DNA of 57,675 nucleotides, the filler included, from Porpidia crustulata (taxonomy: Eukaryota), in the NCBI GenBank assembly GCA_964255105.1. It is 6 parts of 6 records of this genome, joined end to end, with 100 filler letters (N's around TTAATTAATTAA, not from the genome) between each part and the next. Parts side by side here need not be neighbours in the genome. Positions count along the whole stretch, not along the records: positions 48,156 to 57,675 come from CAXUWE010000933.1; 5 more parts are not named here. The stretch is one strand, 5' to 3'. Made by a program: the position numbers and the translations under genes. Positions 48,156 through 57,675 of the stretch are shown in pieces. The notes below the pieces were generated by a model, which saw only the letters and a list, made by a program, of their open reading frames with translations, did no database searches and was not told where the DNA came from. Position 1 is the stretch's first letter. Each line of letters starts with the position of its first letter.

Positions 48156-48500
48156 GTTTATCTTTGGGGAGGGCGTGGTAGAGGTGAGTAGAGTTTTGAC
48201 ATGGTCGTCGCCGGGTTTGTTTGGGGCTTTGTCTGAGTGCGAGTCATATTTTTGGTGTTCCTCGTTCAATTTCGCCATGCGCAGTTTTACTGATTTATCT
48301 TCAGATGTCGATTTGACTGCTTCCAATGGCTTGGGTGTTTCGTTTCTTGTAGAAGGGGGTGGTTTGTATGGTAATGGGCGTGTGGTTTTCGTTGAATAGA
48401 GAAGCGTAGGCGGAGCGTACAGTTGGAAATAGTGACAATGTGAGCGCAGTCGTGGATAGCGAATAGCCAGACATGCTGTATTGCGTGGAAGAAAAGACAT
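48156..48500 (-). CDS. N-terminus of a probable mitochondrial protein; 3' end truncated
   Basis: MSFLPRNTACLAIRYPRLRSH...LLYSTK, an Arg/Ser-rich presequence-like segment with no acidic residues; open to the contig edge; divergent from prefoldin 3. Confidence 0.5.
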
Positions 48501-48686
48501 CACGTTGACGAGCGATGTTTGTCAAATGATTTCGCGACCAAAAGTTTTCGGTCGGCGCACGGATCATCTTGCAGGCGGCTCGGTCCGCAGTTCCAACAAA
48601 ATCTACGCTTCCTGCATTTGATCTCATATAGATAAACATACGGCTACGCTCTAGAGAGGAACACAGGTGGGAAGTTGCTGTATGAT

Positions 48687-49523
48687 ATGTCTGGTAAGCT
48701 GCAGAGGTGAGTGATAGTATGCATTCGTGGCATACTCGATCCTTTGGGCACCAGGTACTGAAAAAAAATAGCAAAGATGCTGCGACGAATCCTCGAGGCA
48801 TCCCCTTTGCGCCCTTCGTGGACAAGGTCGAAGATTATGTCTCATCAAGAGCGGAGGTGGATACCACGATGAAGAGCTTTCAGGAGATGATATCGTATGA
48901 TATGGGCCTGTATTCAGGAGATAGTCCATGCTGATTGTGCCTTCTTGAACAGGAAGTACCAGTTCATGGAAGCCAATACGCAAAGGCGTGACCAAGGGCT
49001 GAAAGAGAAGATACCCGACATACAGAAGACCTTGGATACTGTCAAATTTCTCAGGACACGAAAGGTTAGCATTCTCCACGGCTCAATTTGTCGTCAGTCT
49101 GCTTAATTAAATGGTGTCCCAGCCAGGATCAGAGCCGATTGAAACAACGTTCGAACTCAACGATACCCTTTATGCAAAAGCACTCGTACCTCCTACGGAG
49201 GAAGTGTATCTGTGGTTAGGTGCGAATGTGATGCTAGCATACCCTATTGGAGAGGCAGAAGCGCTCCTTCAATCGAAGCTGGAGGGTGCCCAGCAGACAC
49301 TAGCCAATTGTGAAGAGGACCTAGATTTTCTACGAGAGCAGATAACGGTAAGGCTACGAAATCCTTCGCTTTTACTCCGCTACCGAGCTGATAGTAGGCG
49401 TAGACACTCGAGGTTGCAACGGCAAGGGTCTACAACTGGGACATTACGATGAAGCGGAAAGAGAAGTTGGAGCAGGGTGATGATGGAGACGGAGAGAACA
49501 AGATCATCTTGCCAAACGGCTGA
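48687..49523 (+). CDS. PAC10: Prefoldin subunit 3 (Pac10/Gim2/VBP1), 5 exons
   Basis: MSGKLQS|KDAATNPRGIPFAPFVDKVEDYV...FQEMISKYQFME...TTFELNDTLYAKA...VYLWLGANVMLAYP...LDFLREQITTLEVATARVYNWD; first intron 48707-48771. Confidence 0.94.
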
Positions 49524-50237
49524 TAGCAAGCGATTCGAAGTCAATGCAAAGCAACCGATGCTTCCAATCCCATAGTAATCAAGGTTTGAAGCTGAATATG
49601 ATGAAATCAGGACACTCCGTATGCCCTGAAGTCCAGCGGTGGATGAGATATCGGCTTGGGTTGGACATAAAATACATTCCTACACAGACGGGATGCAATG
49701 TTGATGTGAGATGAGGTGAGAGAAGGATCAAAGACGCAAAACAGTGAGATAGAAGAGGTAGCTTTCCCCGCATAAATAGTGCGAATGGCATCATACGTAA
49801 GATGGGTAGCTGTAGATGCCTGCAAGAGGCTTAGCGTAGTCACTAAACGACAGCCGATCGCCCGCTAAGCGTCATCCCTGTCATGTGGCAGACAAGCTTA
49901 AATACCGTCTTGTCTGCCCTTGGCTAACGGAGTCGTGAATATACCATAGTACATAGTACACCGCGAAGCTCTACGCAAATCAACCCAATCCATTGGCTTC
50001 CGTTTGGAACATCAAACACCCATCCCTCCAGTGCTTCTTCTCCCTACATCATCAATCTAAACCTATTCAATCGCTATCTGGTCCATCATCGCATCACAAG
50101 TTCTGCTGCGCGAAAGCACACGACAAACCCACCCCCCCCTCCTTCCGCACATCGCAACGATATCGCACCGGAGCTCTTCAATTAAGATCAACCACCCATG
50201 GTAGACTTCTAGCTAGTCTAGAGCAGATCCGCAATCA

Positions 50238-52949
50238 ATGCTGCTGCGACTTTCAAACAGTCTCCATTATCCCATCATAGTCAAAGAGCTACTGAAGCAA
50301 CCTAACGACAATGTCGAGAGGTTTGCACCGCTGTTCTTATACTCCTATGAGACTACGGTGACAGAGGGTGATAAGTTTGGCGATGAGCATCAGGTCGAGA
50401 AGCTTTTCCTGACCAAGTTCGAGTCCAATGTCGACGGAATCCTCAAGCAATGGAAAATCAAAGCGGGCGCCGTCATTCAGCATCCCGGGTAAGTCAATAA
50501 ATGTCCTTAGCTAACTCTATGAAGCTATCGCTTATGAGACAATAGCATCGCAATAGCGGAAATCGAAGAACCATGTGCGCATGGCGTCCAATTCGGTGGG
50601 ATGTGTGTGAACTGCGGCAAAGACATGACTGAGTGCGCCCTTTCTCTTCCCTCTCAAACACTCTTACTAATCTGTCTGAGAAGGTCAACATATGTCACAG
50701 AGCAAGTAGATGCTACTCGCGCGACAATTAACATGGTCCATGACAATGTATCCCTTACTGTCAGCCAAGACGAAGCCTCCAAGGTCGAGGACGAAGCCAA
50801 GAGACGACTGCTAGCCTCGAGAAAGTTGTCGCTCGTGGTTGATCTGGATCAAACCATTATACATGCCACAGTTGATCCCACAGTAGCTGAATGGCAAAAG
50901 GACGAAAGCAACCCCAACCACAATGCCGTAAAAGATGTTCGTGCCTTTCAGCTTGTGGATGATGGGCCGGGTGCAAGAGGGTGTTGGTACTACATCAAAC
51001 TTCGGCCTGGATTAGAAGACTTCCTAGAGAAAATTTCCAAAATTTACGAGTTGCACATCTACACCATGGGAACAAGGGCCTACGCACAAAATATCGCGAC
51101 AATTATCGACCCAGACCGCAGAATCTTCGGTGATCGGATACTGAGTCGGGATGAGAGTGGTAGCTTGGTGGCCAAAAGCCTCCAGAGACTGTTCCCAGTG
51201 GATACGAAGATGGTAGTTATAATCGATGATCGTGGCGATGTTTGGAAATGGAATGACAACCTGATCAAAGTAACACCATATGACTTCTTCGTCGGAATTG
51301 GAGATATCAACTCAAGCTTCCTACCCAAAAAACCCGCAGCAATCCCGTCGTCTAAGGCTACAGCATGCGCATCTCCTGTTATCAAAGAGAATGTCGCCGA
51401 AAGTACAGCAGCTTCTGATTCAACATCAATGACTAATGGCACTGAAAATAGTCAGTCTACCCCGCATGCCTCTCCTCCAGTAAGCACGGATACTCCGATA
51501 GGCAGCGACGTCTCTACGTTGGATCAACTTGTGTCCATGGGTGGCGGTGATGATCCTATGGTACTACAGGCTCAGGCAAATCGCCAAGATGAAACTTTAG
51601 CGGCCCAACTCCAAGATCGACCTCTACTCCAGAAGCAAATGCAATTAGATGCAGAGGACGCCGCCGCGACCGAATCTTCACAAACGCAAGAAAATGCCGA
51701 AGGCGATCCTGCCCAGCAACCCGAGGACAACCCTGAGCCAGAGAGGCCTCGCCATAATCTCCTTCAAGATTTTGATCAAGAACTTTACTATCTTGAACAA
51801 TCTCTTCGTAAAGTTCACACCGAGTTCTTTGCGGCGCATGCCCGTCAACTGGCTACTGCACAAGGTGGCCGTGTAGCCGAGCTTCGTGGCGCTCAAAAAC
51901 ATAAAAAACCGTTGTATGACAAGTCGGATTTGGCAATGGTGCCCGATGTCAAAACTGTGATGCCTAGAATTAAGCGGTCTGTCCTCGACGGGGTTGTAAT
52001 CGTTCTCTCGGGTGTAGTTCCGTTAGGCATGGACATCCAAACTAGCGACATAGCCCTATGGGCAAAGAGTTTCGGCGCACAAGTTGATGAAGACATTGGG
52101 AAAAGAACCACGCACCTTATTGCAGCGAGAAATCGAACAGCCAAAGTTAGGCAAGCGGCCAGAGGAGGTAAGGGCAGAATCAAGGTGGTGTGGCCACAGT
52201 GGTTGATGGATTCTATATCCCGTTGGGAGAAGGTTGAAGAAACCCATTACCTCATCAACATTGACGAGGGTGATGCTGTACCTGAGAGAGGGGGAACTGC
52301 AGAAGATGATGAAGTTCTGAGCGAGAGCGAGGCCGTGGCAAGTGGAACGGATAGTGACGAGGACGATTTGGTGGGTGCACAAAACGAGCGAAGGACCAAA
52401 CCACCTCTAACCCTAAACCTTGGTGAGGATGAAGAATCTGACACTGAAGGCCTAATACCCGACGACCTAGACGATGACAAAAGCCCTGTTGGTGGTACGG
52501 AAGGAGACTGGAAACAAATGCATGATGAGCTCGCAGAGTTTTTAGGCAGCGATGCAGAAGATAGCGACAACGAGAGCGTGGCAAGCGCTGAGAGTGGTAA
52601 GAGCTCAACAAGCTCGAAGAGCTTTGGGGACAGAGGGAAGAAGCGCCCCCGTTCGGATGATGGCGAGGGAGGAGAAATTGGGGAACCCAAAAGCCGGAAA
52701 AAGCAAGCTATCGGAAGGGCGACGAGCTTGAGTCAAACGATTCTCACAACCTCTAGCGACTCAAGCTTACCTACTCCTGACATCACGGCAAGCGAGGAAG
52801 GCGACAAATTCGATGAGGGTGGTCCAGGGGCAGCCGAGACCGCTGAGGCCAGCAGCGAAGGAGAGGGATGGAGTGATTTGGAAGACGAATTAGGGGCGGA
52901 GATGGATAGGGTGGCGGCAGCAGAGAGCGAGGAGCAAGGTGAAGGATAA
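50238..52949 (+). CDS. FCP1: RNA polymerase II CTD phosphatase Fcp1
   Basis: EEPCAHGVQFGGMCVNCG, LSLVVDLDQTIIHA (DxDxT), YYIKLRPG, YTMGTRAYA, VIIDDRGDVW, BRCT domain (THLIAA...WLMDS), acidic tail; two 5' introns. Confidence 0.95.
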
Positions 52950-53413
52950 GGACAGAGGCAGTGAAGTTTGAGGTGGGGAGGCCCTCTGTCTTTCCCTCTG
53001 ATTTCTATCTTGGCGCAATGGCAGCGCAGGATTCCCCCGGCGGTATTTTACGGCCATTCAGTGTCACAAGCACGTGCCCATAAGGCTGAGAGCCTCGGCA
53101 ACTTACGTGCAGCCTAGAATTTCCCTCGTGTAAAGTTGCCGTGAGAAGCACTGTTGACTGATCTGACATTTGACAACTGAAAATAATGATAATAGTAATG
53201 ATAATGGACCTCCACCAACAACTATTCATTGTTCTTTGCACGGCTACACCGACTTCTTCGAGCAGAATCATATGGACAAAGCTCCCATGGATTCATACAT
53301 CGCTTGTGTGGAGCTTATCGTATGTCACCTGAGCAGCATTATCAGAAGCCTATGACCGCCTACAAGTAGTCCCTCTCTCAAGCTGACCCGGGAGACCCCG
53401 ACCTTGTCCCATC

Positions 53414-56400
53414 ATGGCGCCACCCGAAGATATGTCGAAGAAGAGAGTAGGACGAAAGCTCACAAAGAAGCGAAAACCCTTGAGGCACTCATCCCTACAA
53501 TATCCAGAAAGACTGATGGACGAAGGAGACGTACAGGAAGATGTCACTGCCACCAAGGGCAAGCCTGCACAGTACATGAATCAGTCAGTGTTCTCCATGA
53601 TAACCGCTGCTGGATCCAAGGTCGACTTCAACGCCCGCTTCGAAAACGAAAGTAGTGACAGCGAAGAGGAGGATGAAGCTTCAAAGGTGGAACATCAAAT
53701 CGATGGGCATATATCGGATACGCCGCCTCAGCAATATGCAGAGCAGCGGCGTGAGGAGCTTGTGGGACGAGCGAAGTCTGCCAAACGTCACGGAAAGCTC
53801 CTCGAGCATAGTATCCTAAGATCTCTACCGAAGCTCACTCCTCGGACCAAGAAAGAGAAATACTACATGTCTCAGAGCACAGTACTACCATCAGCTCAAG
53901 GTAGTTCAGTCCTGCAAAGAAGTATTACGCCCCGAGATGCTCCGGTCATGAGCAGGATGTTAGAAGCAGAGGCACGGATGAGTTCGTCAACGATATTATC
54001 CAAAGAGGAGCAATACAAATCAGATTCCTCCAGTCAGAATGATGGAGCAACAGGCCCGTCACGTCCCACGAGCCTCGTAGCCCGTCTCAGGGATATCTTT
54101 GGATTCGAAAATCCCGAGGAGGTGATATCTGGTAATTCTTTGAAAGTCGCCCGTCCAGCTTTGTGCTAATGCAATCTAAGAATACCCATGCTGGCTTCTT
54201 CAGAGCGTCCTTCTTCAAGGTTATATGTATATAACTCAGCATCACATCTGCTTCTACGCGTATCTGCCCAAGAAATCGGTAAGGCTTTGCAGGTCCTTTG
54301 TCGAAACCCCAAAGTTAACAGCATTCAGAATGTTATTGCCAAGTCGGGCTACCTTTCCAAACGTGGAAAGCAGAATACTAGGTTTCATCGATACTGGTTT
54401 ACCCTGAAGGGAGATGTTCTGTCCTACTACCACGAAGCTTCTAATCTCTACTTCCCGAGCGGAAACATTGATCTACGTTACAGCATTTCCGCATCACTTT
54501 CTGAATCCAAAGAGAAGGGCAAAGATGCAACGAATTTCTCAGTCATCACAAACCAGCGTGTATATCATTTCAAAGCGGACAGTGGCGCAAGCGCCAAAGA
54601 ATGGGTTAAGACCCTGCAGAAAGTCATTTTCCGATCTCACAACGATGGAGATAGCGTTAAGATATCTCTGCCCATAGAAAACGTAATTGACATCGAGGAG
54701 AGTCCCGTCATTGAATTTGCAGAAACTTTAAAGGTCCGCATTGTGGAGAGTGACGAAACCTATGCAATAGATGAGGTATGGTCTTGTAATATACTCACCA
54801 CAACCCATGGGCTAATCAGCTGCACCCAGTATTTCTTCTCCTTCTTTAGTTTTGGAAAAGACGCTCTCAATGTTCTACGCACCATGGTAGAAGACACTAC
54901 AGCTCAGAAAATCCCTGCAGATTATCTGTCGCCTGTAATTGGAAACAACGGTGGTGCAAGCTCAAGAGATAGTTCTAGAGAGCCGAGAAGATCGCAGGAC
55001 CTCAAAAGGGTGAAGCCTTTAGACGCGTCAGCGCCCATACTCCAGGAAAGTGTTCGCGCTACCTTAGTACCCACGACACCGTCCGACGTCCAAGGAAAAC
55101 CTCGCGCGAGTAGTGAATGGAGCAGGAACAGTATGGACGTTAGCCGCAAAAGCATTGATCTCATCAGAGACCGAGGTCGCGCTAGCTTCGATATAAGCAG
55201 AAGTGCGAGTACCAGTAGGATGAGCCTTAGCAGAAAACGCCGAGAAGACAAGTCTCCGTTTTCGAAACCACGAGGCTCGTCGGATTCATATGTTCACTCA
55301 ATGGAGCCGGGCACTGAGTCATCCGCACTAAATGAATCAAGCAACGATACCCAAGCATCCGGGAGTCAAATCCTTAATCGGAGTGATGTGTTTCATTCGC
55401 CTACCATCCACCGTCTCCAGCAGTCGCCCCCTGGCTTAGATGGTGATATCGGAAGGCATTCAACGGATGCTGCTAAAAATCATTCCCTGCACGCTGATAT
55501 CAGCGTTCGTCCTCCAACAAGAGCTGATTCCCATCATAAGCTTCAGAAACACCGATACGGTCCTCCAGAATTTGACGAAGGAGAAATGGATCTTCAGCAA
55601 TCAGGTCCTACACCGACGTTACAGCAACTAGTCAAAGCTGGTAGCTATCCTCTACAGCGAGCCGCTGGATTTGCAGGTTATTTGCGAACGCGATCTAAAC
55701 ATATGAGCCATCTCCTGGCAACAGAGTCAATGGGCTACGTAGAGAAGGTTTCAGGGATGTGGACTGGAGGCAGAAAGCACTACGGTGACGGAGAAGGTGT
55801 GCTTCCCGATGACCGCTTAGAAGATCTCGAGGACGAGGATGATCCGGAGGGATATGGCGATCGATTCCGGGCCCACTTTGCTCTATCTCCGTCCGACAAA
55901 CTTCAAGCGACTTACTTTGGATTCCTGCATCGAGTGTTACCACTATATGGCAAAATCTACATCAGTAACACGAAGCTTTGCTTTAGAAGCCTTTTGCCTG
56001 GTACTAGAACGAAGATGGTCCTACCACTCAAAGATATTGAAAATGTTGATAAAGAAAAGGGTTTCCGTTTCGGCTACTCTGGTCTTGTCATCGTCATAAG
56101 AGGGCACGAAGAGCTCTTCTTCGAATTTGGGCAATCTGAGGTTCGCGACGACTGTGCCATAACATTACTGGAGGGCCTGGAGTCCATGAGGTACTTGCAG
56201 GACTCAAGTATAATTGTACAAGAAGATACAGCAGAAGCTGAGACCGCAAAGGCCGAGCACCGAATGCTACAAGAGGCGCGGTTAAATGGCTACAACGATC
56301 ACGATCTCAAATTACCTGAGTCGGCGGACGAAGCTCCACACCATGACGAAGCACCGCCCATCCTATTCGATGACCCACGAGCATCGATACTCAATTTCAA

Positions 56401-57622
56401 GCCAACTGAATCTCTTCGAATTACTTGTCTCACGATAGGTTCTCGGGGAGACGTACAGCCATATATTGCACTATGTAAGGGGTTCCTAGCGGAGGGTCAT
56501 CGACCCAGGATTGCTACCCATAAGGAATTCGAGCCTTGGGTTCGGAAGCATGGGATTGAGTTCGAGCCCGTTGATGGCGATCCGGCGGAGCTTATGAGGA
56601 TATGCGTGGAGAATGGCATGTTCACATACTCATTCTTGAAGGAAGCATCATACAAATTTCGAGGCTGGATCGATGAGCTACTTACATCAGCCTGGAAGGC
56701 TTGCCAAGACACCGATCTCCTCATTGAAAGTCCCAGCGCCATGGCTGGCATTCATATTGCTGAAGCGCTAGGCATACCCTACTTTAGAGCCTTTACCATG
56801 CCCTGGACGCGTACCCGAGCATATCCTCATGCCTTCGCTGTGCCGGAACATAAAATGGGAGGAGCTTACAACTACATCACTTATGTCATGTTTGACAATG
56901 TCTTCTGGAAAGCTATCGCTGGCCAGGTCAACCGATGGCGCAAGAAGGAGCTTGGGCTTCGAAGTACAAGTCTCGACAAGATGCAGCCGAACAAAGTCCC
57001 TTTCCTGTATAATTTCAGCCCCTCGGTTGTATCTCCGCCTTTGGATTACAGTGATTGGATTCGCGTGACGGGGTATTGGTTCCTAGACGAAGCGTCGGAT
57101 TGGACTCCGCCCAAGGAGCTGTCGGAATTCATCCACCAAGCACGTAAGGACGGGAAGAGGATCGTCTATATTGGCTTCGGTTCCATTATAGTCTCTGATC
57201 CCGCCGCTTTAACACGAACTGTGGTCGATTCGGTCCTCAAAGCAGACGTCCGTTGCATCCTCTCCAAAGGATGGTCCGACCGCCTCGGCAACCACGACGC
57301 TGCGGTCCCTGAGGTCCCTCTTCCCCCCGAAATCCTCCAGATCAAGTCAGCGCCACACGACTGGCTTTTCTCCCAGATTGATGCGGCGGCTCACCATGGT
57401 GGGGCAGGAACAACCGGTGCCAGTCTACGGGCTGGTCTTCCTACAATTATAAAGCCATTCTTCGGGGACCAATTCTTCTTTGGAAACCGGGTAGAGGAAT
57501 TAAGAGTAGGTGTCTGCCTGAAGAAATTGAACGTCAACGTATTTGCGCGCGCGTTGTGGGAAGCGACGCATAGCCAGCGAATGATCATCAAGGCAAAGGT
57601 TTTGGGCGAAACGATCCGCAAG
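53414..57622 (+). CDS. ATG26: Sterol 3-beta-glucosyltransferase Atg26/Ugt51; last exon beyond the window
   Basis: [14 protein letters not shown] and PH domains ([28 protein letters not shown]); second [51 protein letters not shown]. Introns about 54132-54180, 54279-54328, 54776-54829 and from 57623. Confidence 0.96.
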
Positions 57623-57675
57623 GTAAGCCCCCCACTCACCCAATAAACATTTCCGTCCCATCCACGTGCAGTGTC

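Noticed and set aside
46683..57675. ERG26 plus ATG26 as a sterol gene cluster
   Set aside because: They lie on different contigs separated by an artificial spacer.

Overview
Eukaryotic DNA from a filamentous ascomycete (Pezizomycotina), with short GT-AG introns and CTRAY branch sites; a lichen-forming fungus is possible but cannot be shown from sequence alone. The window is not one locus. It is six unrelated contigs of about 9.5 kb (9536, 9536, 9534, 9525, 9524 and 9520 bp), sorted by length and joined by artificial N44-TTAATTAATTAA-N44 spacers. About 25 mostly housekeeping genes are present: TAF7, TAF3-like, palC, complex I NDUFB10-type subunit, STRAP-like WD40, a Yra1/ALY-family RRM gene, cti6, GliK-like cyclotransferase, Sfp-type PPTase, RPS25, WRAP73/Wdr8, histidine acid phosphatase, a PPR protein, RIM15, ERG26, prefoldin 3, FCP1 and ATG26. 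Most notable observations: (1) a hidden 52-nt frameshifting 'poison' cassette exon in intron 2 of the Yra1/ALY-like gene; (2) a 250-bp MITE with a CCTGG target duplication next to a 97-bp foldback element carrying a telomere-repeat box, both upstream of RPS25; (3) a large unannotated gene with Red1/Rec10/SYCP2-like architecture; (4) a Yippee/Mis18-like gene; (5) head-to-head TAF7 and TAF3; (6) a GC-AG intron in cti6. All family assignments come from recognising motifs by eye, not from database searches.
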